Source of the DNA: Prosthecobacter debontii
Lineage (GTDB): Bacteria > Verrucomicrobiota > Verrucomicrobiia > Verrucomicrobiales > Verrucomicrobiaceae
Length of the DNA stretch: 64,000 nucleotides
Direction: 5' to 3'
Assembly (NCBI GenBank): GCA_945860295.1
Contig: CAMAQH010000002.1
Location: forward strand, 164,394-228,393
This document shows positions 54,555 through 64,000 of this stretch, piece by piece. The first letter of the stretch is position 1. Each line of letters opens with the position of its first letter. Position numbers and translations under genes: made by a program. The notes beneath the pieces are model-generated. The model was not told the origin of the DNA. It made no database searches and saw only the letters and a list, made by a program, of their open reading frames with translations.

Positions 54555-56150
54555 ATGATGGGCGCCGTGATCCGACTCCTCGTCTGCCTTTGTTTCGCTG
54601 CCTGCCTACCGCAGACCGTGCGCGCGCAGTCATTTCAGGACACACTCGGTTTGCAGCCGACCTTCATCACGCTCGATCAGGCGATCCAGCGGGTGATGGA
54701 AAAGAGCCTGGATGTGCGCATCGAATGGCTGAACTGGGCAGTCGCAGATCAGCAGACAGACTCGGCGCTCGGCAAGTTCGAGCCATCCTACTTTTTGAAC
54801 TCAACCTGGCGTGAGTCGAACCTCCCACAGAACGCGCTCGAATATGTGCAGACCGGCGGCATCATCGTCGCGCTCACAGAGCCGCGTCTCTTTCAGCAGC
54901 AGAGCCTGCTCACGCAGACGGGCTTCGCCGGAAAGCTACCCACGGGAATGGAATACAAGATCTTCGCTAGCGCGGGTGAATTCCGAAACGACCTCAACCG
55001 CCAGCGGCCGCCGTCGATCTTTTATCCTGAATACGCAGCGGCCGTCGGCGGCAGCCTAACTCAGCCGCTGCTGCGCGACTTTGGCCCATCAGTGAATTTA
55101 GCCGAAGTGCGCGTGAGTCGTCGCAATGAAGCCATCGCTGATCACAAATGGGAGCTGCAATTTCAGCGCTCTTTGGCGCAAGTGATCATCGAGTACTTCG
55201 ATCTCATCTTTGCCAAAGAAAACATCGAGGTGAAGCGCGAGTTCGTGGCCTTTGCCCAGACCTTGGTGGCAGAAAATAAGAAGCGTCTCGGTGCAGGCGT
55301 GCTCTCAGAAGCGGATGTGCAGGAGGCTGAAGTCGCCGTGGCTGTGGCGCGTGAAGAAGTCATCACGGCACTCGGTCAGGTGGTGGAGCGGCAGATGAAT
55401 CTGAAGACGCAGATCCTCGGCTCGCTGGAGGAAGGGGGCGGCATGATCTTCCTGCCAAAGGACTCGCTGCCCTTCATTTCACCGCCGATGGATCGCACGC
55501 GGCATTTGCAGACCGCTTTGCAGCGACGACCCGATTATCGTGCAGCCATCGAGGAGGCAGAGAAGCAAGCCATCATCGTCAAGTATGCGCGCAACCAATT
55601 ATTGCCACGCCTCGACCTACAAGCGACGCTCACCGCAAACGGACTCAGCGGTGATCGTTCGAGTGCTTTTAGCCGCGCCTTTGATCGTCAGGGCTACGAC
55701 ACGCAGGTGGGTTTTCAGTTCAGCATCCCGCTAGGAAACCGAACCGCTAAAGCGAACAGCAACGTGGCGGAGTTCCGTCAGCAGCAGGCCATTTTGAATA
55801 TCGCCCGCAGTGAGCTCAACGTGTCAGTCGAACTCGATAGCGTGATCGCCCGAGTCAGAGCTGCGCGAGCTAAGATGGAGTCCACACGCGAGTCGGCACG
55901 GCTTACTGAGCGGCTCCTCGATACCGAACAGAAGAGATTGCAAGAAGGCCTCGCGCGCAGCTTTGATGTGCTCAAAGCACGCACCGCGCTGGCAGATGCA
56001 CGCACACGCCAGATTGCTGCTCATGCGGACTACAACAAGGCGGCGACGCAGCTTCATCTCGTCACCGGCACGCTGCTGGATCGTTACGGCATCCGCATTG
56101 ATCGTGGTGGCAAGCAGCCGCTGGCCGTGCGCGATCGAATCAAAAAGTGA
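54555..56150 (+). CDS. TolC-family outer-membrane efflux protein
   Basis: Two OEP repeats (LTQPLLRDFG; RNQLLPRLDL..FSIPLGNR). Confidence 0.85.
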   Translation: MMGAVIRLLVCLCFAACLPQTVRAQSFQDTLGLQPTFITLDQAIQRVMEKSLDVRIEWLNWAVADQQTDSALGKFEPSYFLNSTWRESNLPQNALEYVQTGGIIVALTEPRLFQQQSLLTQTGFAGKLPTGMEYKIFASAGEFRNDLNRQRPPSIFYPEYAAAVGGSLTQPLLRDFGPSVNLAEVRVSRRNEAIADHKWELQFQRSLAQVIIEYFDLIFAKENIEVKREFVAFAQTLVAENKKRLGAGVLSEADVQEAEVAVAVAREEVITALGQVVERQMNLKTQILGSLEEGGGMIFLPKDSLPFISPPMDRTRHLQTALQRRPDYRAAIEEAEKQAIIVKYARNQLLPRLDLQATLTANGLSGDRSSAFSRAFDRQGYDTQVGFQFSIPLGNRTAKANSNVAEFRQQQAILNIARSELNVSVELDSVIARVRAARAKMESTRESARLTERLLDTEQKRLQEGLARSFDVLKARTALADARTRQIAAHADYNKAATQLHLVTGTLLDRYGIRIDRGGKQPLAVRDRIKK

Positions 56151-56153
56151 CCC

Positions 56154-58124
56154 ATGTCAGCCGTACCCACAGAGCGCATCCAGGCGATGCAGACGATCGC
56201 CGCCGAACTGGCGCGCATTGCGGGTTCATCGGCGTCTGAAAATGAAGTATTCAGCGCCGTGCTCACACGTTTAGTTAGCGCTGCGGAAGCACTCGGCGGA
56301 GCCATCTGGCTAGTGGCTCGGCGTGATGGGCGTGATGGGCGTGATCTGTCACTCAAGCTCGGTGCAGGTAAAGCTCTCGAAGACGCCGCTGGACCAGCCG
56401 ACAGCGCCCAGCGCCAGCAAGTGCTGCGTGCGGCGAGTGAGGTCATTCTTTCCTCACAGCCACTCGTGCTCATGCCTGCACCTGCGGGTCAGGAGACGGT
56501 CACGCCAGGCATGCTCGTGAATCTCGGCCTGCATGGCATCGTCGGCGTGCCGCTGCGCAGTGGCGACGATCATCTCGGTGCGGTTCAGCTTTGGTTCCCA
56601 CGTCAAAGTGATCCCAAAAAGCTCGCCGAACTCGCCCTGATGATTCAGGCGTTGATGGTGGAGCTGGGGCCGCGTCTGCGCTCACGACAGATGCGTGAAC
56701 TCGGCGCGCAGAGCCAGCGGCAGCAGCAGCTTTTGCAAATGGCGCAGGATATCACCGGGCAGCTCGATGCCACTCAAAGCGCACGTCTGGCAGCCGCCCA
56801 TGCGCGTGAGTTGCTCGGCATTAATCGCGTTAGTTTTTTGATTCGTGAAGGCGACCGCTGGCGCGTGCTCGGCATCTCCGGGCAGCCGCAGGTAGAGACA
56901 CGCGCCGAGCCTGTCACGCGCATGATCAAGCTCGTCACTACTGAGGCGCGTGATCACATTCAAGTCATCGTTCTCGCCGAACAAAAAGGCGCGCACGATT
57001 GGTATTTCCAGGACACGCAGATGCAATCCGCCGCGCTCGTGCCGCTGCGTGATGGAGCTGAGGGTCGCGTGCTCGGCATTATGCTCTGTGAAAGCACCGA
57101 GGCTGCGATCTTTGGTCCTGCCGGTGCCGCCGGTGATCCGCGACCAGCGTCTCTCGTGCTGGCGCAATGGCTCGCCGATCTCGCAGGCCGTTCGTTGCGC
57201 GCAGCGCTGGTGCATCAGTCACTGCCACTGGCATCCATGCTTTCAAAGCTCGGTCACTGGCGTGAATCGGCAACAGCGACCCAGAAGCGGCGCTGGACCA
57301 CCTGGCTGATCGCAGCGGTTGTCGTGCTCATTCTCGGACTCCTCTGGCCACTCCAGATAAAGGTCGAAGGCGACTGCACCTTGCTGCCACGCCAGCGCGC
57401 CATGATCACCACCGAGTCACCGGGCCGGGTCGAAGCAGTGCTCGTGCGTGAGGGTGATCGCGTGACTAAAGATCAAGTCATCGCGCGACTCGATACACGA
57501 CGTTTGCAAAGCGAACTGGAGTCCACCAGCCAGGCGCGCAAGCGACTCGAAGCCGAAGCGGAACGCCAACGTGGTCAGAACAAAGAAGCGCTCGCGCGCA
57601 TCGCCTCGCTCGAAGCCCAGGCCACGGCCGAGACCGAAAAGCGGCTACTTTTAGAAATCGAACTCGCCACACTGCGCTCACCCATTAAGGGCGTCTTGAT
57701 GACCAAAGAGGTGCATCTGCGCACGGGCACTTTTTTGCAAGCTGGAGAGATGTTTGCCGAGGTCGCCGCAGTCGATGGCTGGGACCTACGACTGGAGATC
57801 GCCGAGGCTGACATCGCTGAGATCGAAGAGGCGCTGGATGAGAAGTCGCCGCGTGAGGTGCATTACCTTCTCTACACCCAGAGTGCGCGACAGCTCATGG
57901 CATCTCTCGAAAGCAAAACTCAGATCAGTCCTGCGCTACAGGCTGGGAAAGACGGCGGCGTTTTCAGCATCACGCTGGCGAAAGTGGTGCTGCCATCTGA
58001 CCTACAGCCGCTCATGCGTCCTGGCCTCACGGGTCGCGCGAAAATCGAGCTCGATCACCGTGCTTCAGGCCGCGTGCTGCTGAAAAAATTCACGCGCTGG
58101 CTGCGCATGCGCTGGTGGCTGTGA
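56154..58124 (+). CDS. HlyD/membrane-fusion protein with N-terminal GAF-like domains
   Basis: GAF-like segments (VPLRSGDD; ALVPLRDG), a TM, then ESPGRVEAVLVREGDRV lipoyl half, coiled coil, LRSPIKGV and MRPGLTGRAKI. Confidence 0.8.
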   Translation: MSAVPTERIQAMQTIAAELARIAGSSASENEVFSAVLTRLVSAAEALGGAIWLVARRDGRDGRDLSLKLGAGKALEDAAGPADSAQRQQVLRAASEVILSSQPLVLMPAPAGQETVTPGMLVNLGLHGIVGVPLRSGDDHLGAVQLWFPRQSDPKKLAELALMIQALMVELGPRLRSRQMRELGAQSQRQQQLLQMAQDITGQLDATQSARLAAAHARELLGINRVSFLIREGDRWRVLGISGQPQVETRAEPVTRMIKLVTTEARDHIQVIVLAEQKGAHDWYFQDTQMQSAALVPLRDGAEGRVLGIMLCESTEAAIFGPAGAAGDPRPASLVLAQWLADLAGRSLRAALVHQSLPLASMLSKLGHWRESATATQKRRWTTWLIAAVVVLILGLLWPLQIKVEGDCTLLPRQRAMITTESPGRVEAVLVREGDRVTKDQVIARLDTRRLQSELESTSQARKRLEAEAERQRGQNKEALARIASLEAQATAETEKRLLLEIELATLRSPIKGVLMTKEVHLRTGTFLQAGEMFAEVAAVDGWDLRLEIAEADIAEIEEALDEKSPREVHYLLYTQSARQLMASLESKTQISPALQAGKDGGVFSITLAKVVLPSDLQPLMRPGLTGRAKIELDHRASGRVLLKKFTRWLRMRWWL

Positions 58125-58167
58125 GCGCCACACTTGCCAGACTAGAAACATCCGCTTTTATCCCCCC

Positions 58168-58368
58168 ATGACGATTATTCTCAACGGCACCCCACGCGAA
58201 TTCACCGAACTAACGACGATGAGCGGTCTGCTCGAAGCCGTGGACTTAGCAGGTAAGCCCGTGATCGTAGAACACAATCAGGTGGCGTTACTACCACGAG
58301 AAATTCTGACCGCTGCGATCAATGACGGCGATGTCATCGAGATCGTGCAAATCACCGCTGGAGGCTGA
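58168..58368 (+). CDS. thiS: Sulfur carrier protein ThiS
   Basis: 66 aa, ILNG start, GDVIEIV and terminal GG. Confidence 0.88.
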   Translation: MTIILNGTPREFTELTTMSGLLEAVDLAGKPVIVEHNQVALLPREILTAAINDGDVIEIVQITAGG

Positions 58369-58372
58369 GATC

Positions 58373-59773
58373 ATGGTCAAAAATGTGCTCGTTCTACTGC
58401 TGGCCTGTGCGCTTGGTCTGGCGCTCTGGCGGCGGCAGCCTGAGATAATGGCTCACCCTATTCGTGGAGATGTGCCCGTCAAAACGGAAGAGCCAGTCAT
58501 GCAAAAACTACTACGTGAATCTGCCTCCCAGCCTGGCTTGATCGGCGCGGCCATCGGCTTCTGTTTGATTGATCCCAGTGGCACCGTCGTGATGGATCAT
58601 CACGCGCAGACGGCCTTCATTCCGGCATCGAGTTTAAAGACGGTGACAACCGCCACGGCCCTGGAAAAACTAGGACCCGATTTCCAAATCGAAACCACTC
58701 TGTACAGCGCGGCTCCGATTCAAGACGGCACCCTGAGCGGAGATCTCTTCATCGTTGGTGGGGGTGATCCGATGCTGTCACTGGCGGATGTGAAGCATTG
58801 GGCGCAGGACTTGAAAAAGCGCGGGCTGACACGCATCACGGGGCGAGTGTTAGGGGATGGCAGACTCTTCAGCGGCTCCATCTATGATGACTTCTGGAAC
58901 TGGGGAGACATCGGCAATGGCTACGGCAGCGCAGTGACTGGATTGAATCTAGAACACAACCGCTACACGGCCACTTTTCGCGCCGGAGCAGCTATCGGAG
59001 AACCCGCCGAGTTTCTCGGCACCTATCCGCAAGTGCCCGATGTGGGCAGCCTGGATGAAACCATCACTGGTCCTGCTGACTCGGGCGATGGCGTGGTGAT
59101 CCACGGCGGTGAGAGAACCAATGTCATTCAGTTCCGTGGCAGCGTGCCACTAGGGCAAACATCATTTCAAGTGCTGGGCGCTGTGCCTGATCCCGAACTG
59201 TTCACCGCACATTATTTCAAGAAAGCCCTGCAAGCCGCCGGCATCGAAGTCACAGGCAAAGCGGCGGCTGTCACTGATGAAAAGCAGGGCGCGAATGAGT
59301 TGCTGAAGCACTTCTCGCCGTCGCTGAAAGAGATCGTCACCAGCATCCACGCCACGTCTGATAATCACGAGACCGAGTGCCTTTTCCGACTGCTCGGTCT
59401 GCGTGAAAGCAAAGCGTCTGATGTCGTTATCCGTGAGTATTGGAAGTCTCGCGGACTCGACTTCACGGGTCTGCGCATGGAAGACGGTTGTGGTCTAGCA
59501 CGCGCAGATTTCATCACGCCGCATGATCTCGCGCGATTGCAGTTTCTAGCCGGACGTGGGCCTCAAGGATCTGTTTATAAAATGTCCCTGCTTTCCAAAG
59601 ACAACCTGCGCTGGAAAGGCGGCGCCATGTCCGCCGTGCGCTCCACCACCGGCTACATCACCACCACCAAAGGCCAGGAGTTCTGCTTTGCCTTCATGGT
59701 GAATCATTGCAGCGACGGCCAAGCGGTTTCAGCCCTGCGCGAGGCTTTGATTCAAGCGATCACGAATCTGTGA
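58373..59773 (+). CDS. dacB: D-Ala-D-Ala carboxypeptidase/endopeptidase (PBP4, peptidase S13)
   Basis: PASSLK (SxxK), SDN (SxN), GGGDP and EDGCGLAR motifs; KGG in place of the usual KTG. Confidence 0.85.
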   Translation: MVKNVLVLLLACALGLALWRRQPEIMAHPIRGDVPVKTEEPVMQKLLRESASQPGLIGAAIGFCLIDPSGTVVMDHHAQTAFIPASSLKTVTTATALEKLGPDFQIETTLYSAAPIQDGTLSGDLFIVGGGDPMLSLADVKHWAQDLKKRGLTRITGRVLGDGRLFSGSIYDDFWNWGDIGNGYGSAVTGLNLEHNRYTATFRAGAAIGEPAEFLGTYPQVPDVGSLDETITGPADSGDGVVIHGGERTNVIQFRGSVPLGQTSFQVLGAVPDPELFTAHYFKKALQAAGIEVTGKAAAVTDEKQGANELLKHFSPSLKEIVTSIHATSDNHETECLFRLLGLRESKASDVVIREYWKSRGLDFTGLRMEDGCGLARADFITPHDLARLQFLAGRGPQGSVYKMSLLSKDNLRWKGGAMSAVRSTTGYITTTKGQEFCFAFMVNHCSDGQAVSALREALIQAITNL

Positions 59774-59774
59774 A

Positions 59775-60572
59775 TCAGGGTAGCGATACCACTCGACGCT
59801 GCCGCTTCTCAAAGCGCACCGTCGTGGTGTAACCAACACTGCGCACGAGTTCGAGCGCCTTGTCGAAGTCCACACCGACATCCGTGGGCTTGTGCGCGTC
59901 TGAGTTGATCACGATGGGTACCTTCGCGCTAAACGCCATCTCCAGCATCTCGCGTGCGGGGTAGATTTCACGCACGTCTTTGCGCAAGCCAGCGGTGCTG
60001 ACTTCCATCACGCCGTTCGTGTCCAAGAGCGCCTGAATCACCGGATCATAATAGCGCCGCAAGTCACCCGCAGGACGCAGGCCGAAACGTTTCGCTAGAT
60101 CGGGATGCGCGTAGAAATCAAACTGCCCGGTGCGGATCATCTGCTCATAGAGCTTCCAATACATCTTCCACATGTGCTCGATGTCCGTGGCCGACTTCCA
60201 AAGTGAGACATGCTTCGGGTCATCCACCGCGATGCCATCATGGATGTAATGCACACTGCCAGTTAGATAATCCCACTCCGCCATCACCGCCGTCTTATCG
60301 ATCCACTTTTCGCGGCCTTCAATATGGTCGCATTCAAGCGCCAGCCGAATCGGAAAACCCGGCAGCGCCGCACGCGCTTCATCCACCAGTTCAAAGTAGC
60401 GCGGCAGGTCCGTGATCAGCATACGCCAGTCATCAAAATACTCCGGCATCGGGTTGTGATCCGAGAGCCCAATCTCCGCCAACCCAATGCTCTGCGCATG
60501 GCGCGCATATTCGACGGGATTCCCTTCCGCATGAAGACAGAGCGGCGTGTGCGTGTGGTAATCAGTGAGCAT
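59775..60572 (-). CDS. PHP-family histidinol-phosphatase (HisJ-like)
   Basis: DYHTHT, LSDH, GSVHY, AHPD, EVST and NSDAH motifs. Confidence 0.88.
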   Translation of the reverse strand: MLTDYHTHTPLCLHAEGNPVEYARHAQSIGLAEIGLSDHNPMPEYFDDWRMLITDLPRYFELVDEARAALPGFPIRLALECDHIEGREKWIDKTAVMAEWDYLTGSVHYIHDGIAVDDPKHVSLWKSATDIEHMWKMYWKLYEQMIRTGQFDFYAHPDLAKRFGLRPAGDLRRYYDPVIQALLDTNGVMEVSTAGLRKDVREIYPAREMLEMAFSAKVPIVINSDAHKPTDVGVDFDKALELVRSVGYTTTVRFEKRQRRVVSLP

Positions 60573-60649
60573 GGAGCTTTTTCGCTGCAATAGTAGGTCT
60601 GGCAAGCTCTGGAAGTTGAACACATCATAATTCGCGGCATGAGGAAAAG

Positions 60650-61303
60650 ATGCCCACTCCCCAAGCTTACATCTTCGACCTCGACGGAACTTTGATTGAC
60701 TCGCTCGCCGACATCGCAGAGTCGATCAATCGGATGCTGGATGGGCGCGGCTACCCGCGTTGTGCGGCGGGGAATTTCACGCAGATGATCGGGGATGGGA
60801 TGGAGAAACTGGTGGAGCGGGCTTTGCCAAAAGAGGCGCGTGAGGAGTCGCTGATCCTGACCTGTGTGGAGGAGTATCGGGCGCACTATGACGTGCTCTG
60901 GCAGGAACAGACGCGGCCGTATGAAGGCATCGTCGAGATGCTGGAGGCGCTGAAAGCGCGCGGCGTGAAGCTGGGTGTGATCTCGAACAAGGCGCATCGA
61001 TTCACGGTGCCGATGACGGAGCATTTTTTTGGCACGGAGAGGTTTGATCACATCCTGGGTCAGCGTGTGGAAGTGCCGCGCAAGCCCGATGCAGCGGGTG
61101 CGCATGAGATGGCGGCAGTTCTCGGCCTGACGACTTCCGAGCTGGCCTATGTGGGTGACTCGGGCATCGACATGGCCTTTGCCAAAAATGCTGGGATGCT
61201 CGGCATCGGTGTGAGCTGGGGCTTCCGCTCGGTGGATGAGCTGCGCGAGCATGGCGCTGATTTGATCGTGGATCATCCGCGTGAGCTGCTGGTGCTTGAG
61301 TAA
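60650..61303 (+). CDS. HAD-superfamily hydrolase (phosphoglycolate phosphatase-like)
   Basis: FDLDGTL, ISNK, KPD and YVGDSGID motifs. Confidence 0.88.
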   Translation: MPTPQAYIFDLDGTLIDSLADIAESINRMLDGRGYPRCAAGNFTQMIGDGMEKLVERALPKEAREESLILTCVEEYRAHYDVLWQEQTRPYEGIVEMLEALKARGVKLGVISNKAHRFTVPMTEHFFGTERFDHILGQRVEVPRKPDAAGAHEMAAVLGLTTSELAYVGDSGIDMAFAKNAGMLGIGVSWGFRSVDELREHGADLIVDHPRELLVLE

Positions 61304-61365
61304 ATCTTGAGCAAGCTGCCATGGGGCTTGAAGTGCAGGGCGTGTTCGTTGTAGATTCGCAGTAG

Positions 61366-62226
61366 ATGATCTCTCTCCGCTCTCTCCGCTCTCTCCGCTC
61401 TCTCCGCTCTCTCCGTTTCGCTGCTCTCAGCACTCTGCTGACTTCTGTGCTCTGGCTTGCTTCATGCAAGACGATGCCACCATCACCTCCGCCACCGCCT
61501 AAAGCCGTGGCACCCGTGAAACCCAAGGGTCTCTATGAGTGGTCGGGCTTGGGCAAGGACATCACTCTAATGCGCATCAACGTCGATGAACAGATGGCTT
61601 ATTTCTTCAGTGGTAAGGAGCAGATCGGCTGGACGTATGTGGCCACGGGCATCACCGCTTTCCCGACACCGACCGGTGAATTCAAGGTGCTCGAAAAGAT
61701 CGCTGATAAAGTCTCCAATCTCTACGGCAAGAGCTATGACGCGGCTGGTAAACTGGTGAACTCCGACTTCAAACAAGGTCGTGATCTGCTGCCTCCAGGT
61801 GGGCGCTTTGATGCGGCAAAGATGACGTATTTCATGCGCCTCACTGGTGATGGTGTGGGCATGCACATCGGCGCGATCCCGCGCCCAGGGCGCCGTGCTT
61901 CGCATGGCTGCATCCGCCTGCCCTCCAAGGTCGCGGGAGACCTCTTCAAGCACATCTCCGTGGGCACTCCGGTATTGATTACAGGCAGCGGACCCGACTA
62001 CCCGACCTACCTGAAACAGTCCGCCGAAAAATCTAAAACGAACGCGGCCAAACTCGCTGCAGCAAAGAAGAAGGCTGAGGCAGCGGAGGCGGCAGAAGCT
62101 GCCATTACCGCCCTACCGCCTGGTGATCCGAATGGTCCTGCGCCAACACCACCTGCTGTGGGCACAGTTCCCGCTCCTGCCGCTGTTGAAGAAATCAAAC
62201 CGGCGGCACCTGCGCCGAGAAATTAA
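61366..62226 (+). CDS. L,D-transpeptidase (YkuD family) lipoprotein
   Basis: Lipobox LASC, FPTPTG, and MHIG..P....SHGCIRL; Pro/Ala-rich tail. Confidence 0.88.
   Translation: MISLRSLRSLRSLRSLRFAALSTLLTSVLWLASCKTMPPSPPPPPKAVAPVKPKGLYEWSGLGKDITLMRINVDEQMAYFFSGKEQIGWTYVATGITAFPTPTGEFKVLEKIADKVSNLYGKSYDAAGKLVNSDFKQGRDLLPPGGRFDAAKMTYFMRLTGDGVGMHIGAIPRPGRRASHGCIRLPSKVAGDLFKHISVGTPVLITGSGPDYPTYLKQSAEKSKTNAAKLAAAKKKAEAAEAAEAAITALPPGDPNGPAPTPPAVGTVPAPAAVEEIKPAAPAPRN
61372..61415 (+). repeat. In-frame 9-bp tandem repeat (TCTCTCCGC x4 plus 8/9) encoding (SLR)5
   Basis: Read directly from the sequence at 61372-61415. Confidence 0.9.
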
Positions 62227-62245
62227 TTTACCTCCGCGCTACTGC

Positions 62246-62872
62246 ATGAGCACGCCACCCCTCGTCGTCACCCATCCGTTGGCTCAGATCCACCTCACGG
62301 CCATGCGTCAGGCGGAGACGCCATCCGCCGTTTTTCGCTGGCACTTGCAACGGCTCGCCGAGATCCTTTTTACCGTGGCCAGTCGCTCGCTGGAGACGGA
62401 GTCTGTGACGATCCGGACACCGCTGGCCGAGACACAAGGCGAGGCTTTTGCACGGCCCATTGTGCTCGTGCCTATTTTGCGTGCGGGCCTGGGCTTGTCT
62501 GAGGCGATCTTGCTGCTCGTGCCAGACGCAACGGTGGCGCACATCGGCATCGCCCGCTGTGAGGAGACGGCTCTGCCAAAGCCCTATTACTCCAAGCTGC
62601 CAGCCATCCTTGGCATATCCGACGTTTTCGTGCTCGACCCCATGCTTGCCACCGGTGGCAGCGCCTGCGCCGCGATCACCCAGCTCAAGCAGGCCGGAGC
62701 CAGTCGCCTGACTTTCATTTGTGTCGTTAGCAATCCCTTTGGTATCGAGGCGATGCAGAGCGCCCATCCCGATGTGCCGATCATCACCGCTGCTATCGAT
62801 GATGGGCTAAACGATCTCTTCTACATCGTGCCAGGCCTTGGCGATGCCGGAGATCGCTGCTTTGGCACATGA
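62246..62872 (+). CDS. upp: Uracil phosphoribosyltransferase
   Basis: VPILRAGLG, LDPMLATGGS, AAIDDGLN and IVPGLGDAGDR motifs. Confidence 0.95.
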   Translation: MSTPPLVVTHPLAQIHLTAMRQAETPSAVFRWHLQRLAEILFTVASRSLETESVTIRTPLAETQGEAFARPIVLVPILRAGLGLSEAILLLVPDATVAHIGIARCEETALPKPYYSKLPAILGISDVFVLDPMLATGGSACAAITQLKQAGASRLTFICVVSNPFGIEAMQSAHPDVPIITAAIDDGLNDLFYIVPGLGDAGDRCFGT

Positions 62873-62962
62873 GCGCGCCCGGCTTGCGAATAAAAAATTC
62901 AGGAATGCATGGAATGATCTTGTTGAGCGCAAGCCGGCCGTGAGATAGTGCGATCCTACATC

Positions 62963-63562
62963 ATGAAAGAGTATGCCTACATTCACGAGGAAGGACAACT
63001 GCCCGAACCCCTGACTTCGGTCCCCTTCCTCAATAGCTTCAGCGACGAGCAGCTCGATGATGTGCTCAATTCCTCCAGCCTGCTTCAGTGCGATAAGGAC
63101 GATATCATCATCAAAGAAGGCACCATCGACAGCCGCATCTACATCTTGCTCAGTGGTGAGCTCGAAGTGCGCATCAATGGCAAGAAAGTCGCCACCATCT
63201 CGCGTGTCGGTGATGTCTTTGGCGAGCTGGCATTGGTTAATCAGGATAAACGTGCCGCCTCCGTCATCGCTGGCAGTCGCGCGCTCTGTCTGGCCGTGGA
63301 CCAGAAATTCCTCCAGGACACTCATCCGCGAGAGGAAGATCCAGCTTTTCACGCCGCGCTCTTTGAATTCGTCGCTCGTCTCGTGGCCAAGAAACTCGAT
63401 ACCACCTCACGTCGCCTAGCTGATGTGGAAAAGGAACTGCGCCTGCTGAAGGAGGCACATGAACAGCCAGTTGTGACTTCATCCAAAACGACCAAGCCAG
63501 CTCCTCGACGCCCTGCCGCTAAGGTTATAAAGAAAGCGGCCCGTCGCAAAGCATTGGCTTAA
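62963..63562 (+). CDS. Cyclic-nucleotide-binding domain protein with coiled coil and basic tail
   Basis: IIKEG..IYILLSGELEV, FGELAL and RAASV motifs; K/A/R/P-rich C-terminus with no recognisable HTH. Confidence 0.85.
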   Translation: MKEYAYIHEEGQLPEPLTSVPFLNSFSDEQLDDVLNSSSLLQCDKDDIIIKEGTIDSRIYILLSGELEVRINGKKVATISRVGDVFGELALVNQDKRAASVIAGSRALCLAVDQKFLQDTHPREEDPAFHAALFEFVARLVAKKLDTTSRRLADVEKELRLLKEAHEQPVVTSSKTTKPAPRRPAAKVIKKAARRKALA

Positions 63563-63820
63563 AGAGACTTTCGCTAGGTCGAGTCTGCGCTGCGACAAAA
63601 AAGTGTCACCACATCGTAGCACCGCTCGGCTGTTTGGGTCGCCTGCGGCCATTACAAATCATATGCAGTGCCTGTAGAGCGCGTGCTCACTGTCCAGCCC
63701 GTGCGCGGCTATTTGCAAGGGCTTTGTCTGCCCTGAGAGCTTCATAGGATTAACGATCTATGTGTTCAGAAAATTGAGCCCATCAACGGCTGAGCCATCG
63801 CACTTCCTAACAACTAGAGA

Positions 63821-64000
63821 TCACTTGCCCTTTATAAACATGCTGCCCATGCGCAAACCAGTCTCGGTCAGGCTGCGAGATTGTTTCAGATAGCTTTCGA
63901 GTGTCTTGAGCTGGCCGGGGGTCAGTGTCGTGGCGGCTTGTTCGAGAATGCGCTTGTTGTTTTGATCGGTCATTTGCAACATTCGCTGGATGTTACCATC
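63821..64000 (-). CDS. 3' end of a hypothetical protein cut by the window edge
   Basis: Open frame DGNIQRMLQM...LTPGQLKTLE...FIKGK* ending at TGA 63821-63823. Confidence 0.6.
   Translation of the reverse strand, partial: DGNIQRMLQMTDQNNKRILEQAATTLTPGQLKTLESYLKQSRSLTETGLRMGSMFIKGK

Noticed and set aside
60416-61276. 286-aa minus-strand ORF
   Set aside because: Antisense to the well-supported HAD hydrolase.
63563-63820. Intergenic region near the window end
   Set aside because: No convincing ORF, RNA structure or repeat.

Overview
This window looks like a Verrucomicrobia chromosome segment (inferred from the VPEPSRALLL-type PEP-CTERM protein, the many sulfatases and the DUF1080/PQQ-propeller genes). 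From left to right: (i) 1-3.9 kb, small-molecule catabolic genes and a REP-like doublet; (ii) 4.2-5.8 kb, a P-loop ATPase with a nuclease-like tail, preceded by three tandem 53-bp palindromic units; (iii) 5.8-13.1 kb, an O-acetylesterase plus five sulfatase genes, two of them internally deleted; (iv) 13.3-43.9 kb, an apparent phosphate-starvation island; (v) 44-64 kb, hypothetical and envelope genes, an AlgE-like barrel with a sulfatase, tRNA-Arg(CCT), a TolC plus GAF-HlyD pair with no pump, and housekeeping genes. The island holds a lipid-remodelling operon (GH67-like protein, Agt-like GT4, PlcP-like phosphoesterase, phoU) divergent from phoB/phoR. It also holds a ~20-kb operon (TpsB, DUF2341/LamG-ExbB, ExbD, TonB-like, putative porin, coiled-coil protein, PPIase, 3927-aa filamentous haemagglutinin with a PDZ-like insert) and, upstream, a PEP-CTERM protein and a PstS-fold-like secreted protein. 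An 18-bp box (16/18 identical) lies upstream of both phoB and the TPS operon. No CRISPR array, transposase or integrase was seen. All family calls come from motif recognition, not database searches.
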